This document shows positions 36,433 through 42,481 of a stretch of DNA of 42,481 bases, piece after piece. This DNA comes from a virus (lineage: Duplodnaviria > Caudoviricetes): IMG/VR virus record IMGVR_UViG_3300017655_000010, positions 1-42,481 of that record; one strand, given 5' to 3'. Every line of letters starts with the position of its first letter. Position 1 is the stretch's first letter. The notes beneath the pieces were generated by a model. It had not been told where the DNA came from and did no database searches. It saw nothing but the letters and a program-made list of their open reading frames with translations. The position numbers and the translations under genes are program-made.

Positions 36433-36652
36433 AGCGCGTGTATTTGCGCCCGGTGATCGGATGCTCACGACGCAGACGACGCACCCGAACCCCGGCCTGC
36501 TCCAGGTCGCACACCCGGCGGGCCAGCGTGGCGCTCGTGATGGAGTAGTCGGACATCGCCTCGCGGGCGGAGATGCTCCCCGTCCGTTCGATGTGGTCGT
36601 GGACCAGGAGCGCCTGCGGGGACAGGAGGTAACGCTGCTTGGAGGACAGCAT
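36416..36652 (-). CDS. Small winged-HTH protein
   Basis: GSISAREAM...LARRVCDL...YTRY. Confidence 0.75.
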   Translation of the reverse strand: MLSSKQRYLLSPQALLVHDHIERTGSISAREAMSDYSITSATLARRVCDLEQAGVRVRRLRREHPITGRKYTRYALGN

Positions 36653-36679
36653 GGTGATGCCTTTCAGGTTGTGGGGTTT

Positions 36680-36702
36680 GGGATGCGGTAGGGCGACCTA
36701 AT
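36680..36702 (-). promoter_or_regulatory. Phage RNAP promoter
   Basis: ATTAGGTCGCCCTACCGCATCCC, identical to 38517-38539. Confidence 0.8.
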
Positions 36703-37127
36703 CAGTCGCGGCGTTCGGCCCACCAGCTCCGCACGTCGAAGCTCGGACACGCCTTCGCCACGCCGGGGAAGTCGCGATGGCCCAGCACTTCGGCGCCGGG
36801 GTAGCGGACGAGCAGCTCGCGGATCAGCGCCTCAAGTGCAGCGAACTGCACCTTTGCGAAGTCGCCATCCGGCTTGCCCTTGCTGTCCACGCCGCCGACC
36901 ATGCACACGCCGATGGAGTTGGCGTTGTGGCCCTGGACGTGGGCGCCCGGCTCGCTCTCAGGGCGGCCAGGGTGGACGGTGCCGTCCGTGTAGATGACGT
37001 GGTGGTAGCCGATCTTTCGGTAGCCGCGCTGCCGGTGCCAGTAGTCCACGTCTTTGACGGTGACGTGGCGACCGTTGGGCGTGGCGGAGCAATGCACCAC
37101 GATTTGGGAGATGGTTCGGGGGTTCAC
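36702..37127 (-). CDS. N-acetylmuramoyl-L-alanine amidase (T7 lysozyme gp3.5-like)
   Basis: IVVHCSAT, IGYH, GAHVQGHNANSIGVC, GHRD, KACPSFDV. Confidence 0.95.
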   Translation of the reverse strand: MNPRTISQIVVHCSATPNGRHVTVKDVDYWHRQRGYRKIGYHHVIYTDGTVHPGRPESEPGAHVQGHNANSIGVCMVGGVDSKGKPDGDFAKVQFAALEALIRELLVRYPGAEVLGHRDFPGVAKACPSFDVRSWWAERRD

Positions 37128-37579
37128 TTGGCAGTCTTGCGGAGACGATCCACGGCGGCCATGCGGGCGGCCTGCGGTGCCTCGTCGATCCAGGCTTGGG
37201 GGATGTCGCCCTCCGCCCAGGCGAAGCCGTTCTTCTCGGCCCACGTAGCGTAGGTCGTGCGGCTGCCCTTACGGAGCGGGTTGCGGGCGCGGGAGAACAC
37301 GAAGCGGATGTCGAGGTCCGGGTGCTGTTCCTTGACGAGGAGGTGCTTGGTGCGGTCCTCGGCCAGGAAGTAGCCTTTCGTCTCGATCAGGATGCCGTTC
37401 GAGAGGAGCAGGAAGTCCGGGCGATAGGTCGCCGGGCGCTTCACGTAGGGGATGACGATGCTCTCGTACTCGTAGGGGACGCCGAGGTCCGACAGGCGTT
37501 CTGCCTGCCGGTCCTCTAGCCCCGACCGATGGCCGAGAGCGACCGCCGGATCAGAAGTCCGGGGTCTGGGTCGCGCCAC
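37124..37579 (-). CDS. Endonuclease I (T7 gp3-like)
   Basis: RSGLE, YRPDF, IETKG, QHPDLDIRFVF. Confidence 0.95.
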   Translation of the reverse strand: MARPRPRTSDPAVALGHRSGLEDRQAERLSDLGVPYEYESIVIPYVKRPATYRPDFLLLSNGILIETKGYFLAEDRTKHLLVKEQHPDLDIRFVFSRARNPLRKGSRTTYATWAEKNGFAWAEGDIPQAWIDEAPQAARMAAVDRLRKTAK

Positions 37580-38294
37580 TGGTGCCCTCGTCGCCTTCCT
37601 CGTCAGAGAAGCGACCGCCGCTCTCGTTGTCCTCCTCGTGGGCGTAGCCGTCCTCGGCGCCGAAGCCGTAGCTGCTGGCGCTGCGGGCGCCGCCGCCCAG
37701 CTCGATGATCTGCACGGCCTCCAGGTTCAGCTTGAGGCCCGCCGCCCCGGTGCCGGGGATGAAGTAGGCGGACGGCTCGAAGCTGACGCGGGCAAGCGTC
37801 CCGCCCCACACCTTCGGCGCATCCGGGCGGACATCGCCGTTCTTGTCGTGCGTCGGGATCAGGCGGCCCTTCGCGTCGAACAGCGGCACAGTCGCCTGCC
37901 ACCGCTTGCCCGCCTTCGGACCCTTCTTGTATTCGCCGCTCGCCTTGCGGGCGAACTTGAACTCGATCTCGCCGGTCGGCTCCTCGGTTTCCTTGTCGAG
38001 CAGCTCAGTGAACAGCGGGTTCATCTTGTAGGAGCCGAGCTTCTTCCGCGTCTCGGCCTTGAGGGCGGCGAACTTCTCCTTCGCCTCGTCCTCCGCCGTG
38101 TCGAAGAACGGCTGGAGCTTCTCGATGAACGCCTTCACCGCCGGGTCATCGGCGTTCACGACCAGCTTGGTCGAGAACTCGCCATCCGGCTTCGGGTACT
38201 GCTGGTTGCCATAGTCGGGCTCGACCAGCTTGGGGAAGCCGAGACGGCCCTTCGGAGAGGTGATCTTGGGGAGGCGCTGCTTGGCGTCGGCCAT
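37551..38294 (-). CDS. ssDNA-binding protein (T7 gp2.5-like)
   Basis: PKLVEPDYG, LEAVQIIEL, acidic tail ending in F. Confidence 0.93.
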   Translation of the reverse strand: MADAKQRLPKITSPKGRLGFPKLVEPDYGNQQYPKPDGEFSTKLVVNADDPAVKAFIEKLQPFFDTAEDEAKEKFAALKAETRKKLGSYKMNPLFTELLDKETEEPTGEIEFKFARKASGEYKKGPKAGKRWQATVPLFDAKGRLIPTHDKNGDVRPDAPKVWGGTLARVSFEPSAYFIPGTGAAGLKLNLEAVQIIELGGGARSASSYGFGAEDGYAHEEDNESGGRFSDEEGDEGTSGATQTPDF

Positions 38295-38310
38295 GTCGTG
38301 TCCTTTAGTC

Positions 38311-38511
38311 TCAGATGTGGGAGGAATTGGGCGTGATCGAGCGGATCAGGCCGGTGATGTCGTGGCCCTCGTCCAGGAGGTCGCGGACCAGGGAACGCGG
38401 CAGGCTTCCGCCGTTACGCAGGATGATGACTGCGCGGGCCAGAGGTGCAGGCGACTGCACTTCGGCCTCGGTACGGGCCAGCTCGGAGATTGCGGGCATT
38501 GCTGCCTCCAT
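38311..38511 (-). CDS. Hypothetical protein (start may be 38499)
   Basis: Directly downstream of a phage promoter. Confidence 0.6.
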   Translation of the reverse strand: MEAAMPAISELARTEAEVQSPAPLARAVIILRNGGSLPRSLVRDLLDEGHDITGLIRSITPNSSHI

Positions 38512-38516
38512 GTTTC

Positions 38517-38539
38517 GGGATGCGGTAGGGCGACCTAAT
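38517..38539 (-). promoter_or_regulatory. Phage RNAP promoter
   Basis: ATTAGGTCGCCCTACCGCATCCC, intergenic. Confidence 0.8.
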
Positions 38540-38548
38540 CGCCGCCGG

Positions 38549-38824
38549 TCAGCGAACCTCGTTTGCCAGGTACGCGCGGACGGCCTTGAACTCGTGGCTC
38601 AGGGTGCCGTCGTGTTCGTTCATCAGGTTCTTCGCTGCGGTGAACGCATCCTGGGCGGACACGCCGAACCGCTCGCAGAGCATGAGGAACAGCGCCGAGG
38701 CGGCCACCACCTGGACGCCAGGATGCTCCTCGATGAAGTCCTGGAGGCGGTCGATCAGGAGGACCGTGGCGGCGGCGGAGGTGTCACGCGGGGCGTTGAC
38801 CAGCTTGTCGTAGATGCCGGGCAC
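38549..38824 (-). CDS. Hypothetical protein
   Basis: 91 aa, GGAG RBS. Confidence 0.7.
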   Translation of the reverse strand: MPGIYDKLVNAPRDTSAAATVLLIDRLQDFIEEHPGVQVVAASALFLMLCERFGVSAQDAFTAAKNLMNEHDGTLSHEFKAVRAYLANEVR

Positions 38825-38827
38825 GGA

Positions 38828-39172
38828 TCAGAACTCCAGCTCGGTCTGCGACGGGGCGATGCCCAGCTTGCTGCGGATGAAGCCCTGCACAGCAAGGTTC
38901 ACTTGCGGGGCGTCGGAGCCGTACTTGACGGCCAGCTCCAGGACCGTGCGGCCCAGGCGCTCTAGGTCGGACAGCGGAACCGGCGGGGGGACCACGGTGG
39001 GGCCGTCGTGGACGCCGCTCAGGATGTCATTGGCGAAGCGGCGGACATCGCGGCGGGTGAAGTGGCCCACGATCTGGTTGTCCTCGTCGGACACCGTGAT
39101 GTCGCCCACGGGGGACACGTCGATGGTGACGCGACCGGCGGCGGACGTGACGGAGGCGATGGCCTTGCTCAT
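38828..39172 (-). CDS. Hypothetical protein
   Basis: 114 aa, GGGGAG RBS. Confidence 0.7.
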   Translation of the reverse strand: MSKAIASVTSAAGRVTIDVSPVGDITVSDEDNQIVGHFTRRDVRRFANDILSGVHDGPTVVPPPVPLSDLERLGRTVLELAVKYGSDAPQVNLAVQGFIRSKLGIAPSQTELEF

Positions 39173-39173
39173 G

Positions 39174-39374
39174 TCAGTTGCTCCCCTTCTGGGCGTTGCG
39201 GCGGGACTTGCGGCGGCGCGGCTGCGGGTTGGCCTCGCGGATACCGGCGGCCTGGGCGATATGATGGGCCGCGTCCGAGAGCTGCGTCTTGGACAGCGGG
39301 GTCAGGTCCACGTCCCCGGCGGAGCCAGAGAGGCGGATGCCGGAAGCGGAGTGGCGGATAGTGATGCCGAGCAT
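39174..39374 (-). CDS. Hypothetical basic protein
   Basis: 66 aa, GAGGAG RBS after a phage promoter. Confidence 0.65.
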   Translation of the reverse strand: MLGITIRHSASGIRLSGSAGDVDLTPLSKTQLSDAAHHIAQAAGIREANPQPRRRKSRRNAQKGSN

Positions 39375-39392
39375 TTCGATCTCCTCGGTTTC

Positions 39393-39415
39393 GGGATGCG
39401 GTAGCGCGACCTAAT
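39393..39415 (-). promoter_or_regulatory. Phage RNAP promoter (phi1.1-like)
   Basis: ATTAGGTCGCGCTACCGCATCCC just downstream of the RNAP gene. Confidence 0.8.
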
Positions 39416-39435
39416 TGCCGGGGCGCTGAAACGGC

Positions 39436-39469
39436 GAAGGGCCGGTGCAGTCTCCTGCACCAGCCCCTC
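39436..39469 (-). terminator. Long hairpin after RNAP built on a family-A site
   Basis: GAGGGGCTGGTGCAG-GAGA-CTGCACCGGCCCTTC; weak U-tract. Confidence 0.4.
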
Positions 39470-39492
39470 AATCCTCCCGTAGGTGGGAGCAA

Positions 39493-42063
39493 TTAGGCAA
39501 AGAAGTAGTCAGACTTGCGGATCAGAGACACGTCCAGGTCGCCCTTAGCGGGCGGCGTGGGCAGCATGTCGATCTCCCCCTCCGGGAGCTGGTCCAGCAT
39601 GTCCAGGTAGAACTCCACGATAGGGTCGAAGTCCGTGTAGAGGCGGACGAACGCCTCCTTGAGGCACTCGGCCATCAGCTCCACCTTCGCCGCCGGGGCG
39701 CCGTAGCTGTCATGCACCAGGGCGTACTCGGTCAGGCCCCGCTCCTTCGCCAGGACGACGAACATGCGGAGCGCCGTGGCGTCCTGCGAGTGGACCCAAT
39801 TCGGGGCGATGCCCTGGGCCTGCGCCCGCTTGTCCACGTCCAGCCCCACCGTCGAGACGACTGGCATGATGATGTGCCCGTCGATCATGGTCTTGACGCG
39901 GTGGGCCTCCCACTTCCGGTACGCCTGCTGCACCAGGAAGCCGTCCGCCGTCCGCCAGGAGACGGGCAGGCCGAGGCCAGCCACCACCTTCGCGCACGCC
40001 TGGAGCCAGTCCATGCCCACGCGGGCGGCCTTCACCGTCTCCCCGATGGCCTGCCACACGAGCGGCTGGAGGAACAGCGTGGCGTCGAACATGCACCGCC
40101 GCGCCTCCACGATGTCGTTGCCAGCGTAGAAGGGGTTCGGGGCGCCCTTCTCGATGCGCTCCATGGCGGCATCCTCCAGGAACTCCCGGCAGGAGAACGT
40201 GGTGGAGCCGTAGGGCAGCGTCATCACGGGCCGCTTGCACAGCTTGCGGTCCAGCCCGAACGCCAGCCACCGCTCCGCCATCATGCGCGGGTTGATGCCC
40301 CGCTCCTTCCAGAAGCCGAGCAGCCGGTCGAGGTGCATAATGCGCCCATTTGTGGGACCATCTGGACGCAAGAACTCCTTGGCCAGCTCACCCGCCAGCT
40401 TGGCAACCGTCGCGTAGATGTCCGAGGGCAGCTCTCCCGGCAGGAGGTTCACCGCCGCGCCACCCACCGGATCGCGCAGAGCCGAGGAATAGTGCTGGAG
40501 GCCATTGCACGATCCATCAAGGGCCACCGGGAGGGACGACACAAAGCCCCAGCCGTGGTCCCGGAAGGCCGCCCACTCGAAGCAGAAGGCGAGGAACTGC
40601 CAGGGCTTGTCGGCCTTGGTCCAGAAGTCGAAGCCAGGCCCCCACGGGTCGGCGGCCACGGCGCGGATCGCCTCCTCGTTCGCCTGGGTCCACTTCACCC
40701 GGTCAAGTAGACTGCACTTATCCACCCCGTAGTGGTTGGCCCCCGAGATGGCGAGCCAGTCGGCAGCCTTCTGGTCCACGATGGGATAGCCCCGCCCGAA
40801 GGTCAGGAGGGCCTTCACATAGTCAGGCCCCTGCGGGTTGAGGACGGCGGGCAGCGGGTAGAGGCGGCCACGAAAGTCCATCTGGTGCGGGAAGTAGATC
40901 AGCCTCCCCTGGAACCGCTCCGCAAGGCTCACCGCTTTGTGAACCTGGAGGCGCTTCCCGAGGTTCTTCCGCTTCTTGGCGTGGGCCTTGGCGGCGCTCC
41001 GCTTCCACGCCTTTTTCGCATCCTCGTTATGCTCCGCCTCGGGCGGGAATGGGGGGATTTCCGGGTCGCGCTCAGGCAGCCCGGCGATGCCCCGCTCCGT
41101 GTCCAGGGCCTCCCGGAGGACTTCCAGCACCCGGTCGTTGATCCGCCAGGGGGTGTCCTGCACCGCGTTCACGGCGGTCAGCACCCGGCTCAAGTCCTGG
41201 TTCGCCAGCTCCTCCAGGGCGGCATCGCTCCAGGTCTTGACCAGCCGCAGGCGCTTGAACAGGCCCGAGTGATATCCCCCCTCGAACGGGTCAGACCACG
41301 GCTTGGGCGGCACCAGCGAGGGCATGAGGGACGGCGCCACCATGCCAGCCGCCTTGCACACCTCCTTCATCCGGGCGGACGCGGCCTCGGACAGCTCCAG
41401 GACGTACTCGGTCTTGGACTTGCCCTCCCGCACCAGCACCAGCTTGAACAGGCCGGTCGCCTCCCGAACGATGTCCAGGAGCTTCATCCCGACGTGGAGC
41501 TGGGCGGCGGGCGTCCACTCCCCCCGGACGTTGGCCTTGCGGGCGAACTTGCGGGCGATGGCGTGGCGCTGCTGCGGCCCGGAGTGTTCGTCCAGCTCCG
41601 CCATCGTCACCTTGAACAGCTCGCGGTTCTCCTTCTTGAACTCCCTCATCCACAGCTCAAGCTCGATGCCCCGGCCCACGTTCCGGGCCACGGCGGTCAG
41701 CTTCGGGGCGTCCCCGCCGGTCAGGTCATTCAGGACCGTGCGGAGGGCGATGTAGGCCGCCTCCTTGTCCCCGCAGATGGCCACGGGCGGGAGGGCGGTG
41801 TGCTTCGGCCCCGCCTTGCCAGACATCGCCTCGTCCAGGAAGGCCGTGACAGCCTTGGAGACAGGCTCCAGGAGGTGGCGCATCAGGTAGCGGGCGCCAG
41901 GGCTAGCGGCAGCTTCGCCGCGCTCCTCGGCCTGCTGCGCGGCCTTAAGGACACGATCCATCCCGCCGGTCAGCATCTCCTCCTCCAGCTTGATCTGCTC
42001 ATCCATAGGAGAGAGGTCAGAGGAGGTGTTCTCATGTGTGGGAGGAATAAGAGGAAGGTTCAT
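39493..42063 (-). CDS. Single-subunit DNA-directed RNA polymerase (T7 gp1-like)
   Basis: DFRGRLYP, DGSCNGLQH motif A, RKLCKRPVMTLPYG motif B, VHSQDA, VHDSYG motif C, YFFA end; start re-set to MNLP after AGAGG. Confidence 0.98.
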   Translation of the reverse strand: MNLPLIPPTHENTSSDLSPMDEQIKLEEEMLTGGMDRVLKAAQQAEERGEAAASPGARYLMRHLLEPVSKAVTAFLDEAMSGKAGPKHTALPPVAICGDKEAAYIALRTVLNDLTGGDAPKLTAVARNVGRGIELELWMREFKKENRELFKVTMAELDEHSGPQQRHAIARKFARKANVRGEWTPAAQLHVGMKLLDIVREATGLFKLVLVREGKSKTEYVLELSEAASARMKEVCKAAGMVAPSLMPSLVPPKPWSDPFEGGYHSGLFKRLRLVKTWSDAALEELANQDLSRVLTAVNAVQDTPWRINDRVLEVLREALDTERGIAGLPERDPEIPPFPPEAEHNEDAKKAWKRSAAKAHAKKRKNLGKRLQVHKAVSLAERFQGRLIYFPHQMDFRGRLYPLPAVLNPQGPDYVKALLTFGRGYPIVDQKAADWLAISGANHYGVDKCSLLDRVKWTQANEEAIRAVAADPWGPGFDFWTKADKPWQFLAFCFEWAAFRDHGWGFVSSLPVALDGSCNGLQHYSSALRDPVGGAAVNLLPGELPSDIYATVAKLAGELAKEFLRPDGPTNGRIMHLDRLLGFWKERGINPRMMAERWLAFGLDRKLCKRPVMTLPYGSTTFSCREFLEDAAMERIEKGAPNPFYAGNDIVEARRCMFDATLFLQPLVWQAIGETVKAARVGMDWLQACAKVVAGLGLPVSWRTADGFLVQQAYRKWEAHRVKTMIDGHIIMPVVSTVGLDVDKRAQAQGIAPNWVHSQDATALRMFVVLAKERGLTEYALVHDSYGAPAAKVELMAECLKEAFVRLYTDFDPIVEFYLDMLDQLPEGEIDMLPTPPAKGDLDVSLIRKSDYFFA

Positions 42064-42098
42064 AGGAATTACCTCTAAGAGGATGTTTTTCAGGGAGG

Positions 42099-42121
42099 GG
42101 GATGCGGTAGCGCAACCTAAT
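42099..42121 (-). promoter_or_regulatory. Phage RNAP promoter upstream of the RNAP gene
   Basis: ATTAGGTTGCGCTACCGCATCCC. Confidence 0.75.
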
Positions 42122-42136
42122 CCCACCGATTTTCGC

Positions 42137-42280
42137 GTCACACAGGGGCGTCACAGCCCACTGTCACAGGGCACCGTCACACCCGGTTAGGTTGCCCTCT
42201 TTGTGACACGGGCGAGCGTGTGACACGTCACATCAGGCACAGGCCCGTGTGACGCTCCCACTTCTGATTTTCGGTGTGAC
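42137..42280. repeat. GTCACA/TGTGAC repeat cluster (att arm region)
   Basis: GTCACA at 42137, 42150, 42163, 42176 (13-bp period) and 42227; TGTGAC at 42202, 42219, 42248, 42275. Confidence 0.75.
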
Positions 42281-42283
42281 ACC

Positions 42284-42309
42284 AGAAAGGCAGCTCGAAA
42301 GCCGCCTTC
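42284..42309 (-). terminator. Hairpin/terminator between att and RNAP
   Basis: AGGCGGCT-TTCG-AGCTGCCT followed by TTCT. Confidence 0.55.
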
Positions 42310-42358
42310 CGCCTGGGTTTTCGGGCTTCCGCCCACAGGTGGGACTAATCCCGCCCGC

Positions 42359-42368
42359 TTTTAAGTCT
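42359..42368. repeat. att core (right junction) TTTTAAGTCT
   Basis: Direct repeat of 114-123. Confidence 0.93.
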
Positions 42369-42396
42369 GCTGCGTCTACCGTTTCGCCACGTCCGC
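42359..42396 (-). pseudogene. 5' half of disrupted host tRNA-Leu(UAA)
   Basis: GCGGACGTGGCGAAACGGTAGACGCAGCAGACTTAAAA followed by non-tRNA phage sequence. Confidence 0.93.
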
Positions 42397-42481
42397 GCCG
42401 AGAGCCTCTCCTGCCACAGCGGCGCGGCGGGCAAAAGGGTCAGCCCGCTTCCGCGACGATCCGGCGGCAGTGATTCAGCGC

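Larger units (their letters stand above)
300..40717. repeat. Dispersed palindrome family A: GTGCAG-N4-CTGCAC
   Basis: Perfect arms at 300, 591, 2423, 3371, 4317, 4913, 6224, 9761, 11303, 14238, 16992, 21309, 23133, 25666, 26626, 31301, 35275, 36836, 38445, 39445. 5-nt spacer variants at 1752 and 7159. Degenerate copies at 29553, 32086, 40702. Confidence 0.95.
1179..42344. repeat. Dispersed palindrome family B: (T/G)CCC(A/G)-N4-TGGGA, candidate repressor operators
   Basis: Copies at 1179, 2384, 3326, 3469, 4366, 4938, 5794, 6040, 6165, 17022, 22105 (degenerate), 29056, 34773, 38309, 39475, 40344, 42030, 42331. Confidence 0.85.
114..42368 (-). mobile_element. Integrated temperate T7-like (Autographiviridae-type) prophage, apparently complete (~42.2 kb)
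   Basis: Flanked by the direct repeat TTTTAAGTCT inside the two halves of one tRNA-Leu gene. Encodes a tyrosine integrase plus a full T7-like set (RNAP, gp2.5, gp3, gp3.5, gp4, gp5, gp6, gp8-gp12, internal virion proteins, gp17-19), all co-oriented. Confidence 0.97.

Noticed and set aside
300-40717. CRISPR array or MITE/REP interpretation of the palindromes
   Set aside because: Copies are dispersed, only 16 bp, with no regular spacers, cas genes, transposase or target duplications; several are embedded in conserved coding frames.
7159-42078. Long plus-strand ORFs (e.g. 13201-17001, 7159-8835, 40732-42078)
   Set aside because: Antisense shadows of GC-rich minus-strand genes; no motifs.
4405-42141. 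Upstream-extended starts in the ORF track (e.g. 5454, 13064, 30147, 31909, 37244, 42141)
   Set aside because: Extensions overlap neighbouring genes; internal starts with RBS or stop-start coupling fit better.
42186-42200. Plus-strand promoter-like TTAGGTTGCCCT
   Set aside because: Matches only the upstream half of the consensus and points away from all genes; too weak to call.

Overview
The window holds one essentially complete ~42.2-kb temperate T7-like (Autographiviridae-type) prophage, with all real genes on the minus strand. It is integrated via a 10-bp core (TTTTAAGTCT at 114-123 and 42359-42368) into the anticodon loop of a host tRNA-Leu(UAA) gene. The host gene stays split, and the phage carries its own separate tRNA-Leu(UAA). 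Gene order is T7-like: early region (DUF3102-like protein, DUF3574/SAM-lyase-like protein, gp0.7-like kinase, MarR-type regulator, tyrosine integrase), then attP, then single-subunit RNAP, SSB, endonuclease I, amidase, primase-helicase, DNA polymerase A, exonuclease, portal, scaffold, capsid, tail tubes, internal virion proteins, tail fibres and terminases. The most unusual signals are non-coding. (1) Three hammerhead ribozymes sit in early intergenic gaps. (2) A palindrome GTGCAG-N4-CTGCAC occurs ~22-25 times genome-wide, including inside conserved genes and as stem III of two hammerheads. (3) A second dispersed palindrome, TCCCA-N4-TGGGA (~18 copies), has one copy filling the spacer of the early sigma70 promoter, suggesting an operator/stoperator network. 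(4) There is a family of SP6-like phage promoters. All motif counts were made by eye; family calls come from recognised motifs, not database searches. The host is probably a GC-rich proteobacterium (inference).
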